Assembly: GCF_009914755.1 (NCBI RefSeq)
Contig: NC_060931.1
DNA: 64,000 nucleotides
Origin: the human T2T-CHM13v2.0 reference genome, Homo sapiens
Strand: one strand, 5' to 3'
Each line of letters begins with the position of its first letter. The first letter of the stretch is position 1. The position numbers were made by a program, and so were the translations under genes. The notes under the pieces were generated by a model. It was not told the DNA's origin. It ran no database searches and saw only the letters and a program-made list of their open reading frames with translations. Positions 1 to 13,173 of this stretch are shown in pieces.

Positions 1-1
1 A

Positions 2-317
<316 letters not shown>

Positions 318-1380
318 GAGATTACATATTTCTTAGGAGGAAATATTTGTAAATTAACCCAAAAGGGCAACAGAGCTTTTTAAAATACATATATGCACAA
401 AATATATACATATTTATTTATTTAAAGTAAAAAGTATATATCCAGACTCCATCATGAAAATTCTATTCAATTAGTCTAAATTGAGGCATCTGGTATTTGA
501 TGATCACTGAAACAAAGAGAAGAGGAACACAATGAAAAGGCATCAAGACTCCTCAAAGTCTCTCAAATTATTAGATTTCACAAGTAGAAGAAATCACTAA
601 AATCAAATTTAATTACTTTGTTTTACAGATAAAGAAATCAAATTCAAAACTGTCTGCAAACAGGTAGTCACTGACACAGCTGGGTCTCAGTTTGGATTTG
701 TAGATGTTCAGCCAAGTTTTGATTTCTTCTAACTTGCTCCAAAGGCAATGCTTGAATTTTACTTTCTTTTACTACTTCCTTAATGGCGATGCCAACCAAA
801 TCACTAAATATAGTCTCATGATTACTTTAAAAAAATTTGCAACATAAACCAATTACATAGTAGAAGAATCAAAGAAAAAACATTTTCAAGGATGGGGGTG
901 GACTAAAAAAAAGTTAGAAGGTTTAGTTTTTCTGCTTACCAAATTCAAAAGAAAAATAGTCAAAGTGACTTACTGATTTTTACTTACATTTTAAACAAAA
1001 TATAAAATTTACTTACATTTTAAACATAAAATTTACATAAGGATAAAAGTCAACATAACAGACATTTCCAAATTTCACTGTCATGTTACCATATATACAA
1101 ATACATATTCATTTTGCTTCTAAATTAAATACTCCCACATATATTCATTTCAAAGAATCTATCTTAATTTTGCCATTTACCAGAGTCCCTAAGTAATTCT
1201 GAGATATTTTTAAACACTTGCTAACACAAAGGATATATTTAAGTTATCAACAGGTAAAACTTGCCTTTACAGAATATACTTTGACACAGGCTTCAAATAT
1301 ACATTAACATGTAAAGTATTACTTTGCTACTAAAACATGGCCACATCTAAGTGGCATAATTAGCTATTAACAGAACAAGA

Positions 1381-1533
1381 AGCTGGGTGTAGCACTACGT
1401 GCCTATAGTCCTAGTTGCTCAGGAGGCTGAGGCAGGAAGATCACTTGAGCTCGGGAATTAGAGGACAGCCTGGGCAACACAGCAAGATCCTCTCTCTTTA
1501 GAATAAATTAAAAAATAAAAAAATAAAATAAAA
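1381..1533 (+). mobile_element. Alu monomer (FLAM-like)
   Basis: Single Alu arm followed by an A-rich tail. Confidence 0.8.
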
Positions 1534-2984
1534 AGGTAAGAAAAATGTGCCTTATTAAACCTAGAACGATTGTAGTTGTGTAAATATGATTTTAATTAGA
1601 ATTTTCTCATAACCCCATGACCTACTTAACATGAATGAAAATAAATGTTTTGATAACTATTAATAAGTACAAAGAATTAGTTTTTAATAATAAAGTCAAA
1701 ATATGGACATCTACTAGCCTAAACATATCACAAAATGTGGTAACCTTCAAAAACAGCAAGTCTCCACTTATTCATAAATTCTGTATTTCAGTAATACACT
1801 TAATGTTTTTAAAAGATTTATATTTAAGTTAAACCTAAACACACTTCTTATTTGCTTTCATTCTAGTAAACAAGGGCACACACAACCCTATCTTTAACTG
1901 CCCCTTAACCCCACACTCATCCCACCCCACCCTCTGGAACAAATACTTTAGACAAGTGGTTCTAACTTCTTTTTTGACCATATTCTACTTAGGTGGGCCA
2001 AGATATCCCAGTTCACTTACTAGTTTTTCACTGCATATGCACATGTGCACTAACTCTGTATGTAGCCAAATACGACATAGGAAGAAAACTTTTCAAGAGA
2101 AATAAGGAAGATTCTGAGATATAAACTCAGAAAAACCTAGTAATCTGCTGATTTTAATGTAAATATAAAATCTTAGCAAACTTTAACTCACTCACTTAAC
2201 TTACTAGTCCATTTCTCATGGCACCTGACCATAGTTTGAGAATCACTGCTTTATTCCACTCCTGAATTCACCTCTAATCTATCTAGAAGTATCAGCAGAC
2301 CAGTGCCCTCTACACCAATATTTAATTGATAACTATTTTTAGGTCAGTTCTCTCTCTCAAAAGAATGTGCACAGATGCAAAATGTTACATAAAATTTCAG
2401 TGTTCACAAATATCCTGAGGCCTATTCATAATCTAACAATCTCTGCTTGAGACCTTTTTCTACAAATCTATGAACTATGTCTTTTCTAAATCTCAAGAGT
2501 TTTACCAAATAATTATGAGAATGGAATTCATGCAGTGACCATTCCCATTCTGCTGAACTAATAAGGTACTCTGACTATACCTTCAGTCTATCAGAGATTA
2601 TACTTGATTTTCAGTAAGGATATAGCTGTATTTTTATTTTAAAAGATGTATACTCCTTCTCAAATGTAATAAAAATCGATAAATTCCTATAAAAGTTTCC
2701 CTTTCACCATTTCTCTAGCTAATCCATTACTGCCACCAATCTGTGGCTCAGGGAAAGTTTGCTAAAAATAACATCAATTCCTTGGAATTTACAATCCATC
2801 CACTACATCTGTCTTCAGATAACAAGCCTCAAGCACCAGATATTTTCAAGATCAAACTACATATAGTTATGGCACAGTTTCATTTAAGCAAATTTGATTT
2901 ATGTTTTAAAAAGTTTTTCCTAAGAGCTGCTCTTAAGAATTTTACCTCTTCTAGACTGAAGAGTGGGAGAATGAGGGATGAGCT

Positions 2985-3140
2985 TGGGCTTTAAAGTCAC
3001 AGAGACTTTGGTCAGAATCTTATCTACTGCTTATTTGTGTGGGATACTGGTAAACTGTTTAAACTCTCTGAGACTTAAGTTTTTTTACCCGTAGTAAGAA
3101 AACAATATATACCACACAGGCCTACTGAGGATATTAAATG
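2985..3140 (+). mobile_element. MIR SINE fragment
   Basis: Diverged MIR core (aaactctctgagacttaagttt...gaggatattaaatga). Confidence 0.55.
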
Positions 3141-4270
3141 AACACAGAAGACTCAAAACTTTTATTCCACCCTCGCTCCACCTAAATCTAAAGCCGAACA
3201 TCTCCATTTCCTCAATGATGGCTTGTTTCAGCCACAATATCAAGTCATAACCATTTACACCGAGTGATCTGCATACCCCACAATTCTTGTAACTAGGCCT
3301 GCTCACTGTCTTGGGCACAGCAGCCTACCTAGTTACTATTCCTTTCACAGTTGGTACTTAAATAGCATCTCAATCTAAATGAAGATATTTCAAAGCCCCA
3401 AACTTAAAAATAATAAAATAGCCAGTCCTTAAGCATCATTACTGCAAGGCTTCATCACTTCCCACTCTCATTACTTGTATTCATCATTTCAAAGCAACTT
3501 ATTCATAGCACATATATAGTTCAAAACTCATTAAGACTGATATACTCTCGAATTCATAATAATGAAGGGGAGCAGATGACAAATTCCTTTTTTAGAATTT
3601 TCTGCTCACTAGGTGAAATAAGAGTAAAATATATTATAGAAAAATTCACTTACTAACATATATGTGCATCGGGGACCATGTCAGGGTTCAGTGAGGATTA
3701 ATAGCTATGGTAATCTTAAGATTTGTACTCTGGCTTAATTGAAAATAAGAGAAAATCACATTTTAAGCTTAGAGCCTCAATCTATAAGGTTCCAGGCTTT
3801 GCTTTCTTGCAATTCTTTCTGTAAAACTGCTACCCACTATCTAGGAATGCCAAGAAATGTGAAAATGAAACCCTTCTTTGAGTTTCTTTTTTTCCTAGAA
3901 AGTTTAAGTCTTAACTTACCTTGAAGATGAAGAAACCTATCTCTTGGGTATGACCTTGGAAAGAGTTACACTGCTCATCACTCTAATTTGGCAAGTCTTT
4001 CCTGTGAGAAATCTTATCTACAAATTCATCCCTACTACCTACTGCCTCTGTATGCCTACCCTGGGTGATGGCAATGTGGAAGTGGAAACCAAAGCAGACC
4101 TTTCGCTATGACTGACAGTCAGCCAAAGGCTTACTCTCTGTAACTTGGGCCATTAATTGTCACTTAATAAATTTAGGTAACCGCATTAAAACAGAAAACA
4201 TCCCCACCCCCCACCCTCCCCCCCAAAAAAAGTTTCTATATCATGTACTTATGCAAAGCATGTACACCTA

Positions 4271-4568
<298 letters not shown>

Positions 4569-4823
4569 TTTTTTTTTATTCTGGTCCCAGCTGAGGTTCT
4601 GTAGCACTGGCTTTGGGCAAAATTAGTAAATGAGTTTACTTGTTTTATATTTCCTCTTTTCCTCCTGTTTCCCCCTTTACAACTTGTGGCTCCTAGACAT
4701 TCTCCTGCTACCAAAACAGTTATGAATGTGCTCTATGGACTACCTGACTATACTTTATAATAAAGGCAAAGTCAATAAAATGTTAGCAAATCTATTAATA
4801 ACTGATTACAAAAATAAGTAAAT

Positions 4824-5212
4824 AATATAGTTTGAATGTATGTCCCCACCAAATCTCCTGTTGAATTATAATCCCCAGTGTTGAAGGTGGGGCCTGGTGG
4901 GAGGCATTTGAATCATGGGGGTGGACGTCTCATGAATGGCTTGGGCCATCCCCTTGGTGATGAGTAAGCTCTTGCTCTGAGTTCACAGGAGATCTGGTCA
5001 TTTAAAAGTGTGTGGTACCTTCCCCCTCCAACCCCCTCCCTCTTGCTATCGCTGTATATGATGTGCCTGCCTCCCGCTTTGCCCAGAAGCCAAGTGATGT
5101 CAGCACCATGCTTGTACAGCCTGCAGAACTGTGAGCCAAATGAATCTCTCTTCTTTATAAATTATCCAGTCTCAAGTATTTCTTTATAGCAATGCAAGAA
5201 CAGACTAAACAC
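4824..5212 (+). mobile_element. MaLR solo LTR (MST family, MSTB-like)
   Basis: tatagtttgaatgtatgtccccaccaaatctc...tctttatagcaatgcaagaacagactaaacaca; about 390 bp. Confidence 0.85.
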
Positions 5213-5596
5213 AGTAAAAGCTAACTACTTGTTATAAATGCCAAAGATACTTTTGGTAAATTCCAATATTCATTTCCAATCTAAAGGAAAAAAGTCTCAA
5301 TAAATGAGGAATAACAAGGTATTTCATATTGTGATTAAAAATACTTATCTCAAGTAAATGATCAAAATCATCCTTAAAGAGTAAATAAAACACTAGAGAC
5401 ATCCCCATGAAAGTAAGTATGAGGTAAAAACACCTGCTAGTGCTACCAGTCTAACACTGTTTTTGCACTGTTTAGCCTAAGCATTTTTCAAATAGAAAGA
5501 GGTGGTAGGAGATCCAATACAATAAAACAGGAAAAAGAAAATCTTTCCCGAAAGGCACAAGAGAGATATGCTATGCTAATGGTTGGGAGGAGTCAA

Positions 5597-5737
5597 TGTT
5601 TTGTTTTTGTTTTTTTGTAGAGGCAGGGGTCTTGCTTTGTTGCCCAGGCTGCTCTCGAACTCCTGGCCTGAAGTGATCCACCTGTCTCAGCCTCATGAAG
5701 TTCTGGGATTACAGGCATGTGCCACCAGGCCCGGCCT
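5597..5737 (-). mobile_element. Alu monomer (FLAM_C-like)
   Basis: T-rich tract followed by a reverse Alu left arm ending ccaggcccggcc. Confidence 0.85.
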
Positions 5738-6424
5738 CAGTGTCACAGAATATAAATTCTTCCAATACTGATTTACAAATTCAATGTATTTTGAAACACA
5801 AATAATTGATCAACTGATTGGGGAAGTTCAGATCTCTGTAACTCATATAAAACTTTTAAACACACAAATAAAACATGGGAAACATAAACTCACAGTGCAT
5901 AAAAAGTTCACTCTGTTAATCAAATACAAGTTAAAATGAGACAGCTTTTTTTGTTTATCAAATTGGCAAGTATGCAGAAGGCAAAAAAAAATACCCAATT
6001 CAAGGAAATAGGTACTCTCATATTCTGACTCAGCAGTTCTACTTGTAGGAACAATCAAAGCTATAACCATTTATATGTTACAACCATATAACATTTATAT
6101 GTAAAGATGTTCATATCACAGTGTTATCAATAATATCAACAAAGTCAACATAACATACAATAGCAGAAGGTTGGCTTAATAAATTTAAAATATGAACATA
6201 TAGTGAAATACTACATAGCCATAAAAAATTATGTTTTAGTGACATGGGGAAATTATTCATAATAATATGTATTAGGTTTTCAAATGTAACAAACCAAGGT
6301 ACTCTGTGTATAATGGTTTATAGGCATTCGCAAGAAGAAAAAAGACTAAGAAAATACACAATGCAAGGAATTAGTGTATAAGAAAATACACTAACACTTT
6401 ACAAATTTACATTTTACAATAATT

Positions 6425-6783
6425 TGTATTTATTCATGCATTCATCTTCCAACCTACTTACTGGGGTTCAGGGTTGCAGGTGGCCAGAGCTCATCCTAGC
6501 AAATCAGAGGGCAAGGCAGGAACCAACCTTGGCAGGGTCCCCTCACACACATAAACACTCACACTCACTCACAATGGGACAATTTGGACATGTCAATTCA
6601 CTTAATGTGCACAGCTTTGGGATGTGGGAGGAAACCAGAGTGCCCAGAGGAAATCCACGCAGACATGGGGAGAACAGGCAAAGTCCACAGAGGCAGTGGC
6701 CCCAACTGGGAATCGATTTTTTTCTCATCAACATTGTAACAAAACAATACTGAATGAAATGATGTTATTGGAGGGCATGCTGT
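6425..6783 (-). mobile_element. MER6/MER6A (TcMar-Tigger) fragment
   Basis: ttgggatgtgggaggaaaccagagtgcccagaggaaatccacgcagacatggggagaac core and terminal ...gttattggagggcatgctg|ta. Confidence 0.8.
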
Positions 6784-8425
6784 ACACAAATCACTTTCAA
6801 TGAAAAGCTCTGGGTATTAAGATCATATGCAATGTTTATTTTATTCTGTATGCTTTCATAAATTTTTCACATTTCCTTCAATAAAAACATATAGTTTTAT
6901 ATTCAGAAGACAACAAATGTTATCTCAAAGAGATCATCTAAATTTTAAATTTTTGCTCTGAAATCACCAAGGGCTATAAACCCAGAATTTGACTTAAATT
7001 AGAATGACAACATTTTTAATGCAAACAATGATGTGCATAAATGTTAAAAGCATCTAAAATAAACCACTGTTTACTACAATAACTTCATTCTTATACCAAG
7101 CACTACAGAGGTGGCAACGAATAAGATAAGTAATAGCATATGGTTTGCCATAAAATAACCATACAGGGCTAGAAAAGGGTGGGTACAAAAGATTAAAGGA
7201 AAAGATCAAAGCTTGTCAAACCAGAAAGATCTGTTTTGACTTAGCTTTTATTCTTAGCTTTGATATAAACAAATTTTACATAGTTTACTATACAGTAACT
7301 TTATGTTTCGCTTTGTGGCCTATTTTATATTTATTTATATTTACATACACATATATATGTGTCTAATTTAGTTTTTAATAATTTAAATAATCTTTACTCT
7401 TAAAATGAATAAACACAGACTTCAAAATTTAAAGAATGTGTTTTTGAAGAAATGGACTCAAACAATAATCCATGTAGTTATTATTAGCTATGTTTGAAAA
7501 TAGTTCTTACATCATTTTAGCACCAAACAGACACTGGGCTATAATATTTAACACCTAGACATTAGGACAACATTCAAACAAATTTAACTTTGGAATTTTA
7601 AAAAAAGATCATCAACATAAATTAATTACAACATTTACTTTTAAAATTCATTTGATAAAAGTTAAACTTATCAAATAAAAAAGAACAAAAAACCTAACAC
7701 ATCAAATTTAAAGAAAGTTCAGGATAGAATAAAATTCCCAAATTATATTTATTAATATGATTTTCTGACAGGCCATAACAAAATATAATCTAAGATAAGA
7801 AGATCAACATATCAGAATGAGACTCTCTACTGAAGACCATAAATTTATTTAAGCATTGACACAATATAGTTTACCCAAAACCATAATGAGATGGAAGATA
7901 GGAGATGACTGGTCTCCTAAGATAAGTAAGATTCTGAATATGGGATACTCCCTGTTCATTTACAGGATTTAAATGACTTTAGTGATTCCTGGAACTAGAT
8001 ATCCTTGAATATCTGTGTCCCCAACACACAAGGCTTCCTTCAGATAACACCCACTTTCCCTTTTATAGTATTTTCCCCCTAATTATATCAAGGGGGACCT
8101 CAATTAGGTAATCAGAGCCTTTTAAAACCTAAAATCCCTTAATTTTCTCTTTAATAAGGAAAGTATTCCCTGGGCTCAGAGTAGTCTGCAAATCACCACA
8201 AAAGGTGAACCCATCAAAAAGCTAGTCTGAAGTGTTACCAGGGAAAAGTAGGCAGCAAGCATTCAAACCCAGAAATTGTGACTCAACATTTCCCATACAG
8301 CTAAACAATTCTGCATAAATGACAGACCTTGTCAACAAGGATTTTGCCTGAAAAAGATCTAAAATGAAAAGAGAAGATCAACTGATAAGAAGGTAAGATG
8401 TCTGACTATCAATATCAATACTTAC

Positions 8426-8559
8426 GTATCGTACCTCTGCAGTGGTGTCACTTTGTTCTTATTTTTATCAACTGAACCCGTAGATAGCTGAAGAAAATTG
8501 GGATTTAATTTATATAATTCTTGAAGTAGCTTCTGTTCATATTCTTGGTGTTTACCCGC
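8426..8559 (-). CDS. CNOT4: CNOT4 exon 7, aa 230-~274, with two alternative 5' splice sites (ends at 8435 or 8426)
   Basis: AGKHQEYEQKLLQELYKLNPNFLQLSTGSVDKNKNKVTPLQ(RYDT). Acceptor ttcttctttcgttag|; donors GAG|gtacga and TAC|gtaagt, 9 nt apart, both phase 2. Confidence 0.95.
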
Positions 8560-9155
8560 CTAACGAAAGAAGAAATTAAAACTGCAGTGGGATTCACAAA
8601 ATGGCTGGTATAAAATACTGAATAATCTTCTGAATTATTAAATATATTTTAAATAAAATAAATAATATTTTTAAAAAATAAAATATTAAATAAATTTTAA
8701 ATAAATTTTTAAATAAAACAAGTAAGAGAAACCTGTGAGGATATCACAAAACTTCTAGATCAATGAAAGTCATTCCAACAAAATTATATGATATATATCT
8801 GATAAATTAAATTAAGGCATTTCATCAACCCATTTATTGTACAGAAAAGCATATTAAGGGAAGAACATTTTTGCTAGCTCAAAAAGTGTAAGGTCCACTT
8901 TAAACCTACTTCCAAGTCTTTCATGTAAGAATTAAGTCTTGTAACACTGAGTTTTCTGAAAATCAGCCAAAACTCATCAGTCTCCTTTTTAATTTGGAGA
9001 TTAGCACTTGAAGTAATACATAGATGAACAGTTTTACTATATTCTTCATTATCTTGACACTAAGTAAAACTTCCATGAATTAGTTTTTGCTTTCTCTTTT
9101 CTTCTATGGTTATCAAAAGTAAAATAAAAATTAATGTATTTTAAACTCTAGACCC

Positions 9156-9388
9156 AGGGTCAGCAATTTACAGCCAGTTGCCTGTTTTTATAAATAAAGT
9201 TTTACTGGAACATGGTCATGCCCATTCATTTACATATTGTATTTGGCTGCCATTCTGCTACAAAGGCAGGATGTAGTAGTGCAACAGAGGCAGAGTAAAG
9301 TAGTTGTGACAGAAGACTACATACATAGCTCAGAAACCCTAAAATATTTACTAACTGGCCTTTACAGAAAAAGTTTGCCAACCTCTGC
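9156..9388. mobile_element. MER58A-like hAT-Charlie MITE
   Basis: caggggtcagcaa...aaataaagttttactggaaca...aaagtttgccaacctctg terminal repeats. Confidence 0.8.
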
Positions 9389-11053
9389 TCTATACACAAA
9401 AGAATGCTATGCTTACTCTAGCTGGGTAGGTGTACATCAAAAGGCAATGTCACAAATATTATGGGAAAAATTAGGCAAAGATTGCCTGTGGAAGCTAATT
9501 AGACACAAAAATAAATGATAATGAACTTACTTTGAGTAACATTTTACTATTTGCATGTATATCTAGACTGGAAGAATAGTTTTACTTACCTTCAGGGATG
9601 TTAATTTTTTTAAATTATGGTCTAAATAGATGTTATACAACAAAACCAAAACGGAACAAATCAAAACAATAACAAGTGAGGGCAATTGCACTTAACTGAG
9701 CATAATTGTGTCATATATACTGCACAATGCATCGTTCCCTGTTCTGAGAGGCCACTTGCTTGTTTCTATTGGACCTATAAATATTTCCTATGGCACTAAA
9801 TTTTGAGTTACGCAGTAACAAGGAAAGATTTTCTGATTTTTGCCATAAAATTTATTCAAATTTCTTTCCTACATCAAGAAAGTGTTTTAACAACAACAAC
9901 AAAAAATCCCCTTTTAAAGTAATTTTAAACTCAGCTAAAGAAGAGCAAGATAAATTCAGGACAACATTATGAAATTAGTTTTAAATTATTTTTAAAAATA
10001 CATTAGATGTGAAATTTACATTTTTAAAACATGAAAAGTCTTGAAAATTATTTCTGGAATCAATACTTCAGGAGATACGGCTTTCACTAATATCTATGGA
10101 AAGCCACAAAGAGCTCAACTTGATATTAAAATGACTCTACAGGGGCAGTTCATAAAGACAGGTTAAATCCCATTACAAACAAGTTCCAAAGGACAGCCCA
10201 TACATTTTATTTTATTGTTTAATATTACTTTAAATGAGATCAACTGGGTGGGACTTGTAAATTCTGATAGACAGAAATTGATAGGAAATATGAATAAAGT
10301 ATACCCTCTACTAATTAAAATTTAGTTTGAAATTTTGAAATGGTTCTACCTTAGATTTCATTCAAGAAGGTTTCATCCAAAAAACAAACAAAAAAAGCAT
10401 TAAGAAATCAGTTAAGTCATCTGTCCTTATTAAATATCAGATAGACCTTATTTTAACATTGTTTTTGAATCATAAAGACCATACTATCAAGAAAACTCTG
10501 ATGTATTTATTATAATGGGATTTAATCTGTACTAGCTCCAAGTCAAAAAAGGTAATACTCCATTTAACAATCTTTTCTTAAAGGAGCCCCTACCAGACTT
10601 TCTCTAGTTTGACCTGGAGAATGAAAGGTAGCAATGAATGCCCCCCACCTTCTAAATGAGAAGTATTCCTGAAAAGTCCACAGCAACAATCTGAAGTCCT
10701 CATCTACAATAGGGAAGTGCAGCATTGTGCTTTGGTATAATCCTCATTTAATATGTCGTATGGTCAACATTTTTACTTGTTAAGGCATGTTTATACTACA
10801 AATTGAAAGGAGACAGGAGAAGAGGAAATGTAAAAAAGAACATAGGATATTAAGCCTTCAATTCACCCTTTACAGGATACTGACTCAGTGGACACTTGCA
10901 TGGGGAGAATAATTTTGTAAAAATAATATTAGTTTATCAGCATCATTTGACAGAGTATTATTTTCTAGCAAGCTCTGTAAAGAGTATAGATTGGTTTAAC
11001 AAATAATTACAATATCCCACTTAGCTTTCATTTTGTTGACATTCCCCTTAAAA

Positions 11054-11277
11054 TAGCATTTCCCAAAGTGTTTTCCTGGTCAACTAAGTTCTGGTTGTAA
11101 ATTCCCTTCGTGGATCTGTATTAGCATATTAAGGACTCTGAAAAGTCTTAAAGCAAAGAAACCTGTTCATCTTCATTAATCTAGCATTTCAAACTTAGTT
11201 GACCACAGACACATTTTTATTGTAACAATATCCTGCAGAACTGACCTTCCATTAAACACTTCATTTGGCAAATGCTA
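11054..11277. mobile_element. hAT-Charlie MITE (Charlie4-like)
   Basis: Inverted ends tagcatttcccaaa / tttggcaaatgcta. Confidence 0.55.
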
Positions 11278-11398
11278 CTTTAAAGTAATATCAGTTTTTA
11301 CAAAATCAAATCCTTAGTTTTTGCTTTTGCAATGTTAACTAATAAAAAAAAAAGTACTCCCTTTTCTGCAAAGTTGATAATTCACATGACTTTACTAC

Positions 11399-11524
11399 CT
11401 GCATTTCCTCTTTTGTGAAGCTGGCCGCCTCATCCCCCAATTCATGAAGATACATGCAGTCAGGTTTTGGACACTGCATATTCTTTAAGAAGTAACTGCA
11501 GTATTTTGTTGTACCTAGAGATGC
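11399..11524 (-). CDS. CNOT4: CNOT4 exon 6, aa 188-229, CCCH zinc finger
   Basis: ASLGTTKYCSYFLKNMQCPKPDCMYLHELGDEAASFTKEEMQ (C-x8-C-x4-C-x3-H). Acceptor cccctcttcctcctgcag|, donor CAG|gtagta; 126 nt. Confidence 0.96.
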
Positions 11525-12241
11525 CTGCAGGAGGAAGAGGGGTAAAGGAAAAGAAGACTCAATGTGAACTGACAACACAATGAGAATCTCCATGTTTAGT
11601 GTTTTCAAGTCACCTAAAATGAGGCACAAACATGACAAAACAAAAAGTATGGCTGCAAATACTAGAGAACTAAACTCTTATTAGCAGGATTTATTATAGA
11701 TGAGGCTCATTTGGAAGAACTAAAGGAAACATCTGTCTATGGTTTCCAAAACTTGGACACCCAAATCTTCCCTAGATATAAGGAGAGGAGATAGACAAAA
11801 AAATCTGTTCCATGTTATGAGTGGTTAGACACATAAGAAGGCAAATTCCTTTTTCTAATTATGCCATCCTCCTTCCACTAACAGTAAAGCTTTGCTTAGT
11901 GGGACTCTTCACTGAAACTGGAATCAATGTCCATATATTTAAGGACTACCTATTTCTGAAGAAAATAATGGTACTATTTTCACAAAATAAGATATATGTA
12001 AAAATGCTATATTTTAAAAGATTATCCCCGATAATGAATGTGTTTATTCCTATCTGGTAAAAGAGGACCCTACAGAAACCAGCAGTAAACAAATTAGCTA
12101 TAATAGATGGTATGGACCCTAAGACAGACTCTTCAAATTAACTGTCAAATTTAATATATAAATGCTCAGTTCTCCTCTACTTACTATATTTTATCTCGTC
12201 TTCCTTAAAAAAAAAAAAAAGAATCAAGAGGACTATATTAC

Positions 12242-12343
12242 CTTAAGTGTTCTGCCATCTACTACCACATTGTTGACACACTGTATGGCTCTGAGAGCGT
12301 CTTCTGACCGGATATAGGTTACATAAGCACTGGCACTTGGACC
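12242..12343 (-). CDS. CNOT4: CNOT4 exon 5, aa 154-187, RRM (RNP1-like SAYVTY)
   Basis: GPSASAYVTYIRSEDALRAIQCVNNVVVDGRTLK. Acceptor tttcactttag|, donor AAG|gtaata; 102 nt. Confidence 0.96.
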
Positions 12344-13086
12344 CTAAAGTGAAAACATCCCATTCCACTGTTATTAGTTAAAAATTAAACAATACTAAAA
12401 AAATTCTACTGCAACCTAGGGAATTCTAAAGACCCTGACTACTACTATTACTAATGACAATAATTAGTAGTAGTAGTGGCAGTTTTGATTAAACACTAAA
12501 CTAGCTCATTTGAAAGTAATAATACTCAATGAATTTTATCTGATTTTAAGAATACTGTAATATATGTGAATAAAATATTACTTTGGCTTGGGATTTATTT
12601 TTTTAGACAGTCATTTGACAGGCTCGTCAAGGTTATAAAAAAATTAAAATTTAGATTAAAAAATAAGACTTAAAGACTATGTCAAATTACATTCTCAAAA
12701 ATAAATGCAATCTGGAAAACTATTCTATCTGATAACAGCAGCATAACAAAGACACTATTAAGTTTTCAATATCTGAAAATATTACAGATTAGAAATCACT
12801 ATCGAATCCTTATCTATTTATCACATTGCCTGATAACAGACTCACCTCCCCCTCCCTTTCACTCCATCACTAAATGTTTGTTTTACTATTTCCCTCTTAA
12901 TTGTTAAGTCCTAGAAGGGTCAAATAAGCAGCAAAAAATCCCCCACCCCACCAACAGAGGTCACTACATTGCTTAAGTCCTTGTCCCTCAAGCTTTCTAA
13001 TCAGAGAGAGCAAAGTTTCCTTTGGAACAGCCCAGGTCAAGCCCAGACCATAGGGAGGAAAAGCAAAAATCCCTAAAATTAGTTAC

Positions 13087-13173
13087 CTGTGAGCCTGCAT
13101 ATGATGTGCTATTATTGATGACAACTTTATGTATTTTACCAAACTTCCCAAAATATTCTGGTCGTTTTAAAAC
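13087..13173 (-). CDS. CNOT4: CNOT4 exon 4, aa 125-153, RRM
   Basis: Manual translation VLKRPEYFGKFGKIHKVVINNSTSYAGSQ. Acceptor ttcttcttcttttatag|, donor CAG|gtaact; 87 nt. Confidence 0.96.

Noticed and set aside
976-1032. Two-copy ~30-bp tandem repeat (ttttacttacattttaaaca); a similar 49-bp-period duplication lies at 25270-25350
   Set aside because: Ordinary slippage duplications. Neither resembles a CRISPR-like or other functional array.
9523-9780. Consensus-like minus-strand donors (gtaagt) near 9530 and 9589 in intron 6
   Set aside because: No convincing polypyrimidine tract or acceptor upstream, so likely chance motifs.
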